Assembly (NCBI GenBank): GCA_043744975.1
Contig: JAYTTO010000070.1
Coordinates: forward strand, 1-42,419
Length of the DNA stretch: 42,419 bases
Reading direction: 5' to 3'
DNA from: Betaproteobacteria bacterium
GTDB taxonomy: Bacteria; Pseudomonadota; Gammaproteobacteria; Burkholderiales; Ga0077523
The position numbers and the translations under genes were made by a program. This document shows, one piece after another, positions 10,200-22,424 of the stretch. How positions within the stretch are numbered: position 1 is the stretch's first letter; every line of letters starts with the position of its first letter. Below the pieces are notes generated by a model. The model was not told the DNA's origin, ran no database searches, and saw only the letters and a program-made list of their open reading frames with translations.

Positions 10200-11744
10200 T
10201 CAGTAGGTGCCGTTCTGCTTGAAGTCCTTGATGGCGTCACTGAGCTTCGCCTCGTCGTCCTTCGAGAGATCCTTGGTGGTTTCGATGCGATCGACCAGCT
10301 CGGAGTACTTGGTCTTTAGGTGATCACGCATTGCACGTTCGGCCGACAGCGCCTTCTTCACATCGATATCGTCGAAGAAGCCGTTGGTGACACCGAACAG
10401 GGTGACCGCCATCTCCCAGACCTGAAGTGGCTGGTACTGGGGCTGTTTCATCAGTTCGGTAACCAGCCGGCCGCGCTCGAGCTGCTTGCGGGTGGCTGCA
10501 TCGAGGTCGGACGCGAATTGGGCGAAGGCGGCAAGCTCGCGATACTGCGCGAGCGCCAGACGCACGCCGCCGCCAAGCTTCTTGATGACCTTGGTCTGTG
10601 CCGCACCGCCCACCCGGGACACCGAAATTCCGGCGTTGATGGCAGGCCGGATGCCGGCGTTGAAGAGGTCGGTCTCGAGAAAGATCTGACCATCGGTGAT
10701 CGAAATCACGTTGGTCGGCACGAATGCCGAAACGTCACCGGCCTGGGTTTCGATGATCGGCAGGGCGGTGAGCGAGCCGGTCTTACCCTTTACCGCCCCC
10801 TTGGTGAACTTCTCGACATAGGCTTCATTGACGCGAGCGGCACGTTCGAGCAGACGCGAGTGGAGATAGAAAACATCTCCAGGGTAGGCTTCGCGACCGG
10901 GCGGCCGGCGCAGCAGCAGCGAGATCTGCCGGTAGGCCCAGGCCTGCTTGGTCAGATCGTCGTAGACGATCAGGGCATCCTGGCCGCGATCGCGGAAGTA
11001 CTCGCCCATCGTGCAGCCCGAATAGGCCGAGATGTACTGCATCGCCGCGGAATCCGACGCTGTCGCCGCGACCACGATGGTGTATGCCATCGCGCCGTAC
11101 TCTTCCAGCTTGCGCACGACGTTTACAATCGTCGACGCCTTCTGGCCGATGGCGACGTAGATGCAGATGAGGTCCTTGCCCTTCTGGTTGATGATCGCGT
11201 CGACAGCGACCGCGGTCTTGCCGGTCTGGCGGTCGCCGATGATCAGTTCGCGCTGGCCCCGACCGACCGGGACCATCGCGTCGATCGACTTGAGGCCAGT
11301 CTGTACCGGCTGGGAGACCGACTTGCGGGCGATCACGCCGGGCGCGACCTTCTCGATGACGTCGGTTTCCTTGGCGTTGATCGGGCCCTTGCCGTCGATC
11401 GGCTTGCCGAGCGAATCGACGACCCGGCCGATCAGTTCCGGCCCGACCGGGACGGACAGGATCTGCCCGGTGCACTTGACCGTGTCGCCCTCGGAGATGT
11501 GGCCGTATTCGCCCAGGATCACCGCGCCGACGGAATCGCGCTCAAGGTTCAGTGCAAGACCGAAGGTGTTGCCGGGAAACTCCAGCATCTCGCCCTGCAT
11601 CACGTCCGAGAGTCCGTGGACGCGGACGATACCGTCGGTGACCGACACCACGGTGCCCTGGGTGCGCACGTCGGCGGACAACGTCAGGCTCTGGATGCGC
11701 GACTTGATCAGTTCGCTGATTTCGGACGGTTTCAGCTGTTGCAT
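10200..11744 (-). CDS. atpA: F1 ATP synthase alpha subunit
   Basis: 514 aa. Contains [11 protein letters not shown] and [18 protein letters not shown]. Confidence 0.98.
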   Translation of the reverse strand: MQQLKPSEISELIKSRIQSLTLSADVRTQGTVVSVTDGIVRVHGLSDVMQGEMLEFPGNTFGLALNLERDSVGAVILGEYGHISEGDTVKCTGQILSVPVGPELIGRVVDSLGKPIDGKGPINAKETDVIEKVAPGVIARKSVSQPVQTGLKSIDAMVPVGRGQRELIIGDRQTGKTAVAVDAIINQKGKDLICIYVAIGQKASTIVNVVRKLEEYGAMAYTIVVAATASDSAAMQYISAYSGCTMGEYFRDRGQDALIVYDDLTKQAWAYRQISLLLRRPPGREAYPGDVFYLHSRLLERAARVNEAYVEKFTKGAVKGKTGSLTALPIIETQAGDVSAFVPTNVISITDGQIFLETDLFNAGIRPAINAGISVSRVGGAAQTKVIKKLGGGVRLALAQYRELAAFAQFASDLDAATRKQLERGRLVTELMKQPQYQPLQVWEMAVTLFGVTNGFFDDIDVKKALSAERAMRDHLKTKYSELVDRIETTKDLSKDDEAKLSDAIKDFKQNGTY

Positions 11745-11790
11745 GACGATTCCGATTCGAGAGGTATTGGGTGGGTACTGAGTGCCGCGA

Positions 11791-12327
11791 CTATGCCGAC
11801 GCGAGGCGGGTCGCCATCGTCGAGAGCTGGCCGCGGACCGAACTGTCGATGACCTGGTCGCCGACGGCGATCCTCACACCGCCGATGAGGTCGGTGTCCA
11901 CAGTTACTGTGGGCCTGATCTTGCGGCTGAACTTGCGCTCCAGGTGGGCGACCAGATCGGCGAGCGCCGCAGTATCCAGCGGAAACGCCGATTCGATCAT
12001 GGCATCCACGGTGCCTTCGTGTTCCTGCTTGAGGAGGTCGAACTGGTCGCGGATCGACTCGAGCGCAGCGAGCCGACCGTTGTCGACCAGCATCGAGAGG
12101 AAATTGCGTGTATCCGCGGACGGCTTGCCCGAGGCCGACGCGAAGATGTCGATCAGATCTGCATTGGAGACCAGCGGATTCCCCAGGAGGTTGCGAACCT
12201 CGGGACGAGCCGCTGTCGCGGCGAGATTGCCCAACAGAACGGACCAGCCGGAGAGATCGCCGGATGCTTCGGCGATCGAGAAGGCGGCTTCCGCGTAGGG
12301 ACGGGCGATGGTGCTGATCTCGGCCAT
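11791..12327 (-). CDS. atpH: F1 ATP synthase delta subunit
   Basis: ORF 11791..12390 trimmed to ATG 12327 ([16 protein letters not shown]), which lies 4 nt after the atpF stop. Length is 178 aa. Confidence 0.9.
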   Translation of the reverse strand: MAEISTIARPYAEAAFSIAEASGDLSGWSVLLGNLAATAARPEVRNLLGNPLVSNADLIDIFASASGKPSADTRNFLSMLVDNGRLAALESIRDQFDLLKQEHEGTVDAMIESAFPLDTAALADLVAHLERKFSRKIRPTVTVDTDLIGGVRIAVGDQVIDSSVRGQLSTMATRLASA

Positions 12328-12331
12328 TGGC

Positions 12332-12802
12332 CTACATGTCCTTCTTGAGCTGGGCCAGCAGGTCGGCGTGCGCGGCCGGGTTGATCTCACGGCGAAGGAT
12401 CTTCTCCGCGCCCGCTACGGCAAGCGCCGCTACCTGGTCACGTAGGGCTTCGCGGGCTCGCGAGACTTCCTGCTCGATCTCGGCGTTGGCCGCAGCTTTC
12501 TCGCGGCTGCTCTCTTCGCGTGCCGCCGTCTTGGCTTCGTCGATCATCTGGGCGCCGCGTTTCTCGGCCTGCGCGATGATCTCCTGGGCACGCGCGCGCG
12601 CTTCGGAAATCGCCTGCTCCGCCTGCTTGGCCGACGTCTTCAGCGATTGACGTCCCTGCTCGGCAGCTGCGAGCCCGCCGGCGATCTGGGCCTGGCGCTG
12701 CTCGATGGCCTTGACCAGCGGCGGCCAGACGAACTTCACCGTGAACCAGATGAAGATCGCGAAGGACACGGCCTGGGCGATCAGGGTGAGATTGATGTTC
12801 AT
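12332..12802 (-). CDS. atpF: F0 ATP synthase subunit b
   Basis: 156 aa. N-terminal TM helix ([29 protein letters not shown]) followed by a long charged helix. Confidence 0.93.
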   Translation of the reverse strand: MNINLTLIAQAVSFAIFIWFTVKFVWPPLVKAIEQRQAQIAGGLAAAEQGRQSLKTSAKQAEQAISEARARAQEIIAQAEKRGAQMIDEAKTAAREESSREKAAANAEIEQEVSRAREALRDQVAALAVAGAEKILRREINPAAHADLLAQLKKDM

Positions 12803-12841
12803 GCCAGTTCCCTACCGAGGCGTCAGCAACGGGTTGCCGGA

Positions 12842-14357
<1,516 letters not shown>

Positions 14358-14388
14358 TGACCGGGGTTGTTGCAATGCAAACCTCACG

Positions 14389-14418
14389 AGTTTACTGATG
14401 CCTATGCCTTAGCGTCAA
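14389..14418 (-). promoter_or_regulatory. Candidate sigma70 promoter of the atp operon (TTGACG - 18 nt - TAAACT)
   Basis: The minus strand reads cgTTGACGctaaggcataggcatcagTAAACTcgtgagg in the parB-atpI spacer. This is a pattern match only. Confidence 0.35.
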
Positions 14419-14492
14419 CGGTCGCGCCGGTTTTTGCCCTGCTCGCGGTGGGTGAATCGGGGTACCGCGGCCGGGCCGCCGGCGCGGAAGGT

Positions 14493-15347
14493 CTACGTAC
14501 CGGCGCGAAGTTTCGCTATCAATGTGTCGAGATGGTCGAGCGAGTGATAGGCGATGACGAGGCGCCCGTTGCCTTTGCGGCCAGGTTCGAGTCGAACGCC
14601 GGTACCAAGCCTTTCCGACAGCGACTCTTCGAGCGCGCGGACATCTCGATCGCCCTGGACCTGCCGGCGTTCCGGCGCTGTCCGGCCAACGCTGCGGGCG
14701 ACCAGGCGCTCCGTTTCGCGCACGGAAAGTCCCTTGGTGCCGATGTTCTCGGCGAATTCGAGCTGCTGTTCCGGCGGCAATCCCAGTAAAGCCCGGGCGT
14801 GACCCATTTCGAGCTGCCCCCCCAGCATCATCTGTTGCACGGTCCGCGGCAGCTGCAGGAGGCGCAGCAGGTTGCTGACGGCGGTACGCGACCGCCCCAC
14901 CGCCTCGCCCGCAGCCTGGTGCGTCATGCCGAAATCGTCGATCAGGCGCTGCAAACCTGCCGCCTCTTCGATTGCGTTGAGATCTTCGCGCTGGATGTTC
15001 TCGATCAGCGCCATCGCAAGCGCCGCTTCGTCGGGCACTTCCCGGACCAGAACCGGCACATGTTCGAGGCCAGCCTGCTGGGCTGCACGCCAGCGACGTT
15101 CGCCGGCGATGATCTCGTATTGGCGGTCGCCGATCGGGCGGGCAAGGATCGGCTGGATCATCCCCTGCGCCTTGATCGACGCCGCGAGTTCGTTGATGGC
15201 CTCGGCACTCATCTGGCTACGCGGCTGGTAACGCCCGGGTCGGAGCGCTGCAGGGGGCAGTTCAAGGAAAATATCGCGGCTGGTCTGGGGTCCTTCGCCT
15301 GAGAGCAACGCGTCGAGGCCACGGCCGAGCCCTTTATGTCTGGCCAT
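14493..15347 (-). CDS. parB: Chromosome partitioning protein ParB (parS-binding)
   Basis: 284 aa. Contains MARHKGLGRGLDALL, IIAGERRWRAA and IENIQREDLN. Confidence 0.96.
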   Translation of the reverse strand: MARHKGLGRGLDALLSGEGPQTSRDIFLELPPAALRPGRYQPRSQMSAEAINELAASIKAQGMIQPILARPIGDRQYEIIAGERRWRAAQQAGLEHVPVLVREVPDEAALAMALIENIQREDLNAIEEAAGLQRLIDDFGMTHQAAGEAVGRSRTAVSNLLRLLQLPRTVQQMMLGGQLEMGHARALLGLPPEQQLEFAENIGTKGLSVRETERLVARSVGRTAPERRQVQGDRDVRALEESLSERLGTGVRLEPGRKGNGRLVIAYHSLDHLDTLIAKLRAGT

Positions 15348-15349
15348 GC

Positions 15350-16117
15350 TCAGGCCGCCTGCTTGCCGAGGATTTCGCCCGCAAGCGCCAGGTACGCGAG
15401 CGCACCCTTCGACTGTCGATCATGGCTCAGCACGGGCATTCCGAAGCTCGGGGCTTCGGCGAGTCGGATATTGCGGGGGATCACGGTTCGATACACCTTG
15501 TCACCAAAATGCTGCTGCAACTGGTCGGATACCTGCTGCCCGAGTGTATTCCGAGGGTCGTACATGGTCCGAAGCAGCCCCTCGATCTCGAGTTTCGGAT
15601 TGAGGTTAGTGCGCACTCGCTTAACGGTATTGACAAGATCGGAGAGCCCCTCCAGCGCGTAGTACTCGCATTGCATGGGGATCATGACCGCATCAGCCGC
15701 CACCAGAGCGTTGACCGTCAAGAGATTGAGCGCCGGCGGACAATCGATAAGGACGAAATCGTAATCGGCCGAAATCTCGGCGAGCGCCGTGCGCAATCGA
15801 TCTTCCCGCTTATCGAGATCGACCATTTCCACCTCGGCACCGGCAAGCTCGCGATTCGCTGGCAATACGTCGAAGTTACCGCTCGGGGACCGCTGCAGGA
15901 CCGATGCGGCCGTGGCGTTACCAAGCAGCACCTCGTAAACCGTCGCCGTCAACGACCGTTTCTCGACACCGCTGCCCATGGTCGCATTGCCCTGCGGGTC
16001 GAGGTCGACCAGCAGGACCCGCCGTCCGGCCAAGGCGAGGCTGGCCGCAAGATTGACCGTGGTCGTCGTCTTGCCGACACCACCCTTCTGGTTGGTGATG
16101 GCGAGTATCTTTGTCAT
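15350..16117 (-). CDS. parA: Chromosome partitioning ATPase ParA (Soj)
   Basis: ORF 15350..16249 trimmed to ATG 16117 (MTKILAITNQKGGVGKTTT, a deviant Walker A). The longer form would overlap rsmG. Confidence 0.95.
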   Translation of the reverse strand: MTKILAITNQKGGVGKTTTTVNLAASLALAGRRVLLVDLDPQGNATMGSGVEKRSLTATVYEVLLGNATAASVLQRSPSGNFDVLPANRELAGAEVEMVDLDKREDRLRTALAEISADYDFVLIDCPPALNLLTVNALVAADAVMIPMQCEYYALEGLSDLVNTVKRVRTNLNPKLEIEGLLRTMYDPRNTLGQQVSDQLQQHFGDKVYRTVIPRNIRLAEAPSFGMPVLSHDRQSKGALAYLALAGEILGKQAA

Positions 16118-16133
16118 GTCGGTTGTTCGCGCC

Positions 16134-16766
16134 TCATCCGGCGGATCGTTCCAGGAAAACCAGGTGCCGCTCGCCGTCCACACCCGGGACGCCAAGGCGC
16201 ACCACCTTGGAGACTCTGAACTCGGGTGGGAGCTGCGCCATTTCCTCAAAGGGTTCGAGCCCCTTCATCGCCACCAAGCGGCCGCCGGGAGCGACGAGGT
16301 GACCAGCAAGCCGGACAAAATCCTGGAGGTCGGCAAAGGCTCGGGAAATGACGATGTCGAATCCCTGCACCGGCTGCCACGTCTCAACGCGTTCGCGTTG
16401 TACCGCGGCATTCTCGACCTTGAGTTCACCGATTGCCTGGGTTACGAACGCCATTTTCTTGTGGTTCGAATCCGCCAGCGTAACCGACCAGCCCTTGCGG
16501 ACAATCGCCAAGGGTATTCCGGGCAGTCCCGCCCCGGTTCCAACATCGACGAGGCGTTGCCCGTCAAGGTGCGGCAAAACCGAGAGGCTGTCGAGCAAAT
16601 GATGGGTCACGATCCGCGAGCGTTCTCGAATGGCGGTCAGGTTGTAGACGCGGTTCCACTTCTGCAACAGATCGATGTAGGCCAGCAGCCGTGCAACGGC
16701 ATCTGGATCGAGTTCCAGGCCGAGTTCAGCCGCACCGGCCGTGAACGTCTTCTCGGCGGTCGTCAT
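16134..16766 (-). CDS. rsmG: 16S rRNA (guanine527-N7)-methyltransferase RsmG (GidB)
   Basis: 210 aa. SAM motif [20 protein letters not shown] overlap with the mnmG stop. Confidence 0.93.
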   Translation of the reverse strand: MTTAEKTFTAGAAELGLELDPDAVARLLAYIDLLQKWNRVYNLTAIRERSRIVTHHLLDSLSVLPHLDGQRLVDVGTGAGLPGIPLAIVRKGWSVTLADSNHKKMAFVTQAIGELKVENAAVQRERVETWQPVQGFDIVISRAFADLQDFVRLAGHLVAPGGRLVAMKGLEPFEEMAQLPPEFRVSKVVRLGVPGVDGERHLVFLERSAG

Positions 16767-18694
16767 GTGGCACTCGACGCCCGCGTTTGGGCATGGATCG
16801 CATCGTCAGCAACCGCACCAGTGCGTTCCTGGCGTCGCAGATGAACCAGAAGCAGTGAGATCGCGGCGGGCGTGACCCCGGATATGCGGGACGCCTGGCC
16901 CAACGTTTCCGGACGATGTTCGCTCAAGCGCTGACGCACTTCGTTCGACAAACCCCGGGCCTTGGCGTAGTCGAAATCAGCCGGCAGAACCTTGCTGTCC
17001 AGATTTCCCAGGCGCGTGATCTCGACTTGCTGACGCTCGATATATCCTTGATATTTAACCTGAACTTCGACTTGAGCCGCGACTGTCGGATCGTCGGTCA
17101 ACGCACTCGCTCCAGGCAGTCGTGCGAGATCGACGTACGTCATCTCCGGCCGCCGAAGCAGTTCCTCGAGCGTGAAGGCCCGGTCGGGAATCTGGCCAAA
17201 CAACTCAAGTGCCACTTGAGGGTCAAGGAGCCGGGAGTTCACCCAGGTATTCGAAAGTCGCTGACGCTCGGTGGTGATCCGTTCCCGTTTGCGCTCGAAC
17301 TGGATCCAGCGACGATCATCGACCAACCCGAGCCGGCGCCCGGTTTCGGTCAGTCGCAGATCAGCGTTGTCTTCCCGCAGGCTCAGGCGGTATTCGGCCC
17401 TGCTGGTGAACATGCGATAGGGTTCGGTCACTCCCCTGGTGACCAGATCGTCCACCATTACCCCCAGGTAAGCCTCGCCTCGATTGGGGCACCATGCATC
17501 CTTGTGCTGCGCTTGAAGAGCGGCGTTCGTCCCCGCCAGAAGCCCCTGCGCCGCAGCCTCTTCGTACCCGGTGGTACCGTTGATCTGCCCTGCCAGGAAC
17601 AGTGCGTTGATGGCCTTTGACTCGAGTGACGCCTTCAGGGAGCGCGGGTCGAAGTAATCGTATTCGATGGCGTAGCCGGGACGCAGGATGTGGGCGTTCT
17701 CCAGGCCACGAATCGACCGGACCAGTGCCAGCTGGACGTCGAACGGCAAGCTCGTCGAGATCCCATTCGGATAGATCTCGTGAGTATCCAGCCCTTCCGG
17801 CTCGAGAAAGACCTGGTGTGCATTCCGATCGGGAAACCGCGTCACCTTGTCCTCGACCGAAGGGCAGTAGCGCGGCCCGACGCCTTCGATGACACCGGTG
17901 AACATCGGCGAGCGGTCGAGACCGCCACGGATCACCTCGTGGGTACGCTCGTTGGTATACGTGACCCAGCATGGGCGTTGTGCAGGATGTTCCGCCGTCG
18001 TCCCAAGGAACGAGAACACCGGAACAGGGGTGTCGCCGGTCTGCTCCGCCATCACCGAGAAGTCGACAGTCCTTCCGTCGATGCGTGGGGGCGTGCCGGT
18101 CTTCAGGCGGCCCGCAGGCAATTTGAGCTCGCGCAGCCTGCTGGCGAGACTCAGCGACGGGGGGTCGCCGGCGCGACCTGCCGGATGATTCGACAGCCCG
18201 ACATGAATGAGACCACCCAGGAATGTTCCGGCAGTAAGTACGACAACCGCAGATTCGAAACGCAATCCCATTTGTGTGACGGCGCCGACCACCCTGTCGC
18301 CAGCCAGAATCAGGTCATCGACCGGTTCCTGGAACAGCGTCAAGCGACTCTGATTCTCGACGCGATGGCGAATCGCCTTTCGATAAAGGACTCGATCCGC
18401 TTGTGCTCGCGTGGCCCGAACCGCTGGGCCCTTGCTGGCGTTGAGGATGCGGAATTGGATGCCGGCCTCGTCGGTGGCACTGGCCATGGCGCCACCCAGC
18501 GCGTCGAGTTCCTTGACCAGATGACCCTTCCCGATCCCGCCAATCGACGGGTTGCAGGACATCTGACCGAGAGTCTCGAGACTGTGGGTCAGCAACAGGG
18601 TTTCACAACCCATCCGAGCCGACGCCAGGGCAGCCTCGGTCCCGGCATGCCCACCGCCGACAACGATCACATCAAATCGTTTTGGAAACAGCAT
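16763..18694 (-). CDS. mnmG: tRNA uridine-5-carboxymethylaminomethyl synthesis enzyme MnmG (GidA)
   Basis: 643 aa. Contains [16 protein letters not shown] and [12 protein letters not shown]. Confidence 0.98.
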   Translation of the reverse strand: MLFPKRFDVIVVGGGHAGTEAALASARMGCETLLLTHSLETLGQMSCNPSIGGIGKGHLVKELDALGGAMASATDEAGIQFRILNASKGPAVRATRAQADRVLYRKAIRHRVENQSRLTLFQEPVDDLILAGDRVVGAVTQMGLRFESAVVVLTAGTFLGGLIHVGLSNHPAGRAGDPPSLSLASRLRELKLPAGRLKTGTPPRIDGRTVDFSVMAEQTGDTPVPVFSFLGTTAEHPAQRPCWVTYTNERTHEVIRGGLDRSPMFTGVIEGVGPRYCPSVEDKVTRFPDRNAHQVFLEPEGLDTHEIYPNGISTSLPFDVQLALVRSIRGLENAHILRPGYAIEYDYFDPRSLKASLESKAINALFLAGQINGTTGYEEAAAQGLLAGTNAALQAQHKDAWCPNRGEAYLGVMVDDLVTRGVTEPYRMFTSRAEYRLSLREDNADLRLTETGRRLGLVDDRRWIQFERKRERITTERQRLSNTWVNSRLLDPQVALELFGQIPDRAFTLEELLRRPEMTYVDLARLPGASALTDDPTVAAQVEVQVKYQGYIERQQVEITRLGNLDSKVLPADFDYAKARGLSNEVRQRLSEHRPETLGQASRISGVTPAAISLLLVHLRRQERTGAVADDAIHAQTRASSAT

Positions 18695-18762
18695 GATGAA
18701 ATTCCATACTCAAGGGCGAGGATGATACCGGAGATGGCCGTAAGGATGGTTCGACGTTCTGT

Positions 18763-18778
18763 AGTTTCACGTGAAACC
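18763..18778. other. parS centromere-like site 1 (aGTTTCACGTGAAACc)
   Basis: The perfect 14-bp palindrome GTTTCACGTGAAAC at 18764..18777 matches the central 14 positions of the canonical parS consensus TGTTNCACGTGAAACA. It lies in the mnmG-mnmE spacer, 2.5 kb from parAB. Confidence 0.85.
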
Positions 18779-18793
18779 ACATGGATGTCCGGC

Positions 18794-18809
18794 GGTTTCA
18801 CGTGAAACC
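18794..18809. other. parS centromere-like site 2 (gGTTTCACGTGAAACc)
   Basis: Identical 14-bp palindrome at 18795..18808, 31 bp centre-to-centre from site 1. Confidence 0.85.
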
Positions 18810-18834
18810 GCACGCCTTCAGAGCGACCTTTCTT

Positions 18835-20199
18835 CTATTTTCCCAGGCAGAACCGCGCAAATATCTCCCCAAGGAGATCATCGGCCAGCGTCCGCCCTGA
18901 AATCTCGCCGACGGCATCGTGAGCGCATCGGAGCTCGTCTGCGACAAGCTCCGATGAGCGACCATCGACGTGCATCGCCTCCACCAACGCGTTGGATGCA
19001 CGTTCCAAACTATCCACATGCCGTGCCTGTGCCGCGAACACCCCTTCGTCCCCCTGCCCTTCCATCCAGCCAACGGCTCGCAGCAACTCACCGCGCAGCT
19101 CCCTGATGCCGGATCCAGTGCGCGCAGAGACATCAATGCGCCCAACTTGATCATCGAATACACCCGTCCGGAAGCAGGCATCAAGATCACACTTGCTTCG
19201 CACCCTTAAGACAGCGACGCCTTCCTCTGCCAATCTGGTGACATGTGCGATTGCAACATGATTCAACTGCTGCGGCCCTTCGACGTGGACGATGACATCG
19301 GCCTGCGCCGCAGCGGCCAAGGCGCGCTCCATCCCGACCTGCTCTACTGGATCGACTGCGTCGCGCAGTCCAGCCGTATCAAACAACCGAAACAGCACGC
19401 CCTCGATCACAACTTCGGCCCGCAAGACATCCCTCGTGGTCCCCGGAAATGCCGTGACAATCGCGATATCCTCCCCCGCAAGACAATTGAAAAGACTCGA
19501 CTTTCCCGCATTGGGTGCACCGAAGAACACCACTGAGGCGCCGTCCCGCAGCAGCCGCCCTCGCTTGGCCGCAGCCAGAACATCATGCAGGCTAATCAAC
19601 AATTCACCGATGTCCTGCTGAACCTGCTCAGCTACCGCAACCTCCGGATACTCTTCTGGAAAATCCAGCGAGGTTTCCACCAGCGCCCGCAGATCCAGCA
19701 GCTTCCGGTCGATCGACGCGATCCGGCTGGACAATTCTCCACGAAGCGCCCGCACGCCAGCCCTGGCAGCCTCGAGCGAGCGCGCTTCAATGATGTCGGC
19801 GACCGCCTCTGCCTCGGATAGCGCCAGCTTTCCGTTAAGAAAGGCGCGTCGGGTGAATTCGCCCGGATTCGCCAGTCGGGCACCGAGTTCGACGCATCGG
19901 TCCAGCAGGGAAGCAAGAACCACCGGGCTCCCGTGACCCTGAAATTCGACCAAGTCGTCGCCGCTGTACGACTGTGGGCCAGGGAAGAACAGGACGAGGC
20001 CGTCATCCAGGCATCGGCCGGCACCGTCAAGGAAAGCGGCGCGAGTCGCTATCCGGGGCGTTGGCAAACGCCCGGCAACCGTAACAGCTATCGAAGGTGC
20101 AGCCGGCCCGCTGACCCGGACAACGCCGATGGCACCACGCCCGGGAGCCGTCGCAATCGCGACAATCGTGTCACCGCTTTGCGGCTCCAAGGCCGGCAC
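18835..20199 (-). CDS. mnmE: tRNA modification GTPase MnmE (TrmE)
   Basis: ORF 18835..20235. Contains DTIVAIATAPGRGAIGVVRVSG, the G-domain motifs GAPNAGKSSLFN and DTAGLR, and the C-terminal CLGK. No in-frame ATG is present near the 5' end. Candidate starts are TTG 20235, GTG 20199 (chosen; gives 454 aa) and TTG 20190. All of them overlap the yidC 3' end. Confidence 0.9.
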   Translation of the reverse strand: MPALEPQSGDTIVAIATAPGRGAIGVVRVSGPAAPSIAVTVAGRLPTPRIATRAAFLDGAGRCLDDGLVLFFPGPQSYSGDDLVEFQGHGSPVVLASLLDRCVELGARLANPGEFTRRAFLNGKLALSEAEAVADIIEARSLEAARAGVRALRGELSSRIASIDRKLLDLRALVETSLDFPEEYPEVAVAEQVQQDIGELLISLHDVLAAAKRGRLLRDGASVVFFGAPNAGKSSLFNCLAGEDIAIVTAFPGTTRDVLRAEVVIEGVLFRLFDTAGLRDAVDPVEQVGMERALAAAAQADVIVHVEGPQQLNHVAIAHVTRLAEEGVAVLRVRSKCDLDACFRTGVFDDQVGRIDVSARTGSGIRELRGELLRAVGWMEGQGDEGVFAAQARHVDSLERASNALVEAMHVDGRSSELVADELRCAHDAVGEISGRTLADDLLGEIFARFCLGK

Positions 20200-21847
20200 G
20201 CTCCAACTGACGGGTGATGGTCCACTGTTGGGCAATCGACAGGATGTTGTTGATGACCCAGTACAGAACCAGTCCCGCCGGGAAGAAGAAGAAGAAGACG
20301 CTGAAGGCGATCGGCATGATCTTCATAACCTTGGCTTGAATCGGGTCTGGCGGTTCTGGATTCAATCGAGACTGGATGATCATGCTCAATCCCATCAGGA
20401 TCGGCAGAACATAGAACGGATCCGGACGGGAAAGATCCTGCACCCAAAGCATGAAAGGTGCGTGGCGCATCTCGACGGTTCCCAGCAGCACCCAATACAG
20501 CGAGATAAAAACCGGGATCTGCACCACGATCGGGAGGCATCCCCCCAACGGGTTGATCTTCTCCGTCTTGTACAACTCCATCATCGCCTGGTGCAGCCTC
20601 GGTTTGTCGTCGCCATGAAGCTCCTTGAGCTTTTGCAGCTTTGGCGCCATCAACCGCATCTTCGCCATCGACTTGTACGAGGCCGCCGACAACGGGAAGA
20701 ACAGGAGCTTGATCAGCACCGTAACAATGATGATCGAAACGCCCCAATTGCCCGCGAAGCTATGTATTGCCGACAGTACCCAGAACAATGGCGCCGCGAT
20801 GATCGTCAACCAGCCATAGTCGACGGTCAGATCGAGTCCCGGCGCGAGGCTGGCGAGTTTCTTCTGTTCCTGCGGACCAACGTACAACGGTACCGACCAG
20901 GTGACACTCTTTCCAGGTTCGACCCGTCCCACCGGAACGATCACTCCTGCAGAAAACAGCCCCCCACCAAGAGACCGGACAAAAAACTCCTTGGGCGCCC
21001 CCGCTGGCGGAAGCCATGCCGACACGAAGTAATGTTGAACCATTCCAATCCAGCCATCCTGACCGGTCTTGACCGGCACCGGCTTGCCCTTGCCGATGTC
21101 GGCAAAGGACATCTTCTTGTACTTCTCCTGCTCGGTGTATTGGGCGACACCATTGAATGTCGGAACCCAGCGCGAATCGCCGGCCGGTGACTTGTCATCT
21201 CGCACCAGTTGGAAGTACGCGAACGGCGACAGCGCAATAGACCCGGTATTGTCGATGGTCTGCGCGACGTCGATGCGATACTGCTCCCGAGTGAATGTAA
21301 ATACCTTTGTTAACCGCGGCTTGTCGGTATCAACGGACGTGAGGACCAATTTCACCGTTTCGTCGCCGCTGGCCATCACCACCTTGGGCGTCGAAGAGGT
21401 GAATGTGGACTTGTGATTGGGGAGTCCGGGCCCGGTAAGGCCCGTCTGCGCGATCAACGTGTGATCGGCGGACGAATCCATCAGCAGGAAATTCCGGTCG
21501 ACGTCGATCGTATCGCGGTGCCTGAGTAATTCAACTTTTCGAAGATCACCACCGATCGACGAGATTTCAGCCCTGATAACATCCGTCTCAACGATGTACG
21601 TCGAACTTGCGGCTGACTGTACGGGCCCGGCCGTCGCGACCCCGGTCTGCGGGTTACCTGCTGCCGAAACACCGGAACCGGCTGACTCCGGAATTGGCGC
21701 CATATCGCCGGTGGACGGAGCATGTTGTCCCGTCGCCGTCGGCTCCGATTTCGGCCAGTATTGCTGGTACCAGTTCTCCCCAAGCATGAAGAGCGACACG
21801 GACAAGAGCGTCAACAGGATCAAGCGGGGCGCTTCGGACAATTTCAT
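20171..21847 (-). CDS. yidC: Membrane protein insertase YidC
   Basis: 558 aa. N-terminal TM helix, a large periplasmic domain, and a C-terminal 60-kDa IMP core (NWGVSIIIVTVLIKLLFFPL ... GGCLPIVVQIPVFISLY). Confidence 0.96.
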   Translation of the reverse strand: MKLSEAPRLILLTLLSVSLFMLGENWYQQYWPKSEPTATGQHAPSTGDMAPIPESAGSGVSAAGNPQTGVATAGPVQSAASSTYIVETDVIRAEISSIGGDLRKVELLRHRDTIDVDRNFLLMDSSADHTLIAQTGLTGPGLPNHKSTFTSSTPKVVMASGDETVKLVLTSVDTDKPRLTKVFTFTREQYRIDVAQTIDNTGSIALSPFAYFQLVRDDKSPAGDSRWVPTFNGVAQYTEQEKYKKMSFADIGKGKPVPVKTGQDGWIGMVQHYFVSAWLPPAGAPKEFFVRSLGGGLFSAGVIVPVGRVEPGKSVTWSVPLYVGPQEQKKLASLAPGLDLTVDYGWLTIIAAPLFWVLSAIHSFAGNWGVSIIIVTVLIKLLFFPLSAASYKSMAKMRLMAPKLQKLKELHGDDKPRLHQAMMELYKTEKINPLGGCLPIVVQIPVFISLYWVLLGTVEMRHAPFMLWVQDLSRPDPFYVLPILMGLSMIIQSRLNPEPPDPIQAKVMKIMPIAFSVFFFFFPAGLVLYWVINNILSIAQQWTITRQLERAGLGAAKR

Positions 21848-21852
21848 TGGCT

Positions 21853-22065
21853 TCAGGGAACCGGGTCATGACCACCCGCATTCCACGGGTGACAACGGCA
21901 AATGCGAGACAACGCCAGCCTCGAACCTACTCCAGATCCGTGACGGCGGATGGCTTCGATGGCATATGCGGAACAAGTCGGGTGAAACCGGCACGATGGG
22001 GGAAATAGCGGGCTGACCAGCAACCGATAGCCCCTGATCGCGGCAATCAGAGCACCGCGCGACAT
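21853..22065 (-). CDS. yidD: Membrane protein insertion efficiency factor YidD
   Basis: ORF 21853..22158 trimmed to ATG 22065 ([43 protein letters not shown]...RICRCHPW). Length is 70 aa. Confidence 0.88.
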   Translation of the reverse strand: MSRGALIAAIRGYRLLVSPLFPPSCRFHPTCSAYAIEAIRRHGSGVGSRLALSRICRCHPWNAGGHDPVP

Positions 22066-22073
22066 ATCGTCGG

Positions 22074-22424
22074 CTAGAGTAGGCGAGCCAAATCGTCGCG
22101 CGCCGCAGTCATCGCTATTGCTGGAAATGTCTTGCGTGCCCGGACGATCCAGTCCCATCCCGCCAACTCCCGCTGTCGCAATCGAAATGCCTCGCGAATC
22201 AAGCGCTTGATGCGGTTCCTCGCAACGCTGGACCCCGCAACCTTGACTGCCACCACCATGCCGAGGCGAGGTTTGGGCAATCCGTTGGCGATTCGGTGGA
22301 CCGCAAAGTACTCCCCGTGCCGGCGAGTACCTGCTTCGAACGCTCGCTTGAAGTCAACTGCGGCAACCACCCTCAGGTCGCGACTGAACCTGAAAGCCGC
22401 ACCATCAGGGGATTGCTCGCTCAG
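22074..22424 (-). CDS. rnpA: RNase P protein component RnpA (5' end uncertain; probable CTG start)
   Basis: The track ORF 22074..22370 starts at a GTG. The in-frame upstream codons read [18 protein letters not shown], which supplies the conserved N-terminal F-x-x-x-x-R-L motif (E. coli LAFPRELRLL). Also present: [17 protein letters not shown]. The only start-like codon upstream is CTG 22424-22422. Confidence 0.8.
   Translation of the reverse strand: MSEQSPDGAAFRFSRDLRVVAAVDFKRAFEAGTRRHGEYFAVHRIANGLPKPRLGMVVAVKVAGSSVARNRIKRLIREAFRLRQRELAGWDWIVRARKTFPAIAMTAARDDLARLL

Noticed and set aside
19010-19018. cTATCCACA, an 8/9 DnaA-box match
   Set aside because: It is an isolated site inside the mnmE coding sequence with no neighbouring boxes or AT-rich DNA, so it is most likely a chance occurrence.
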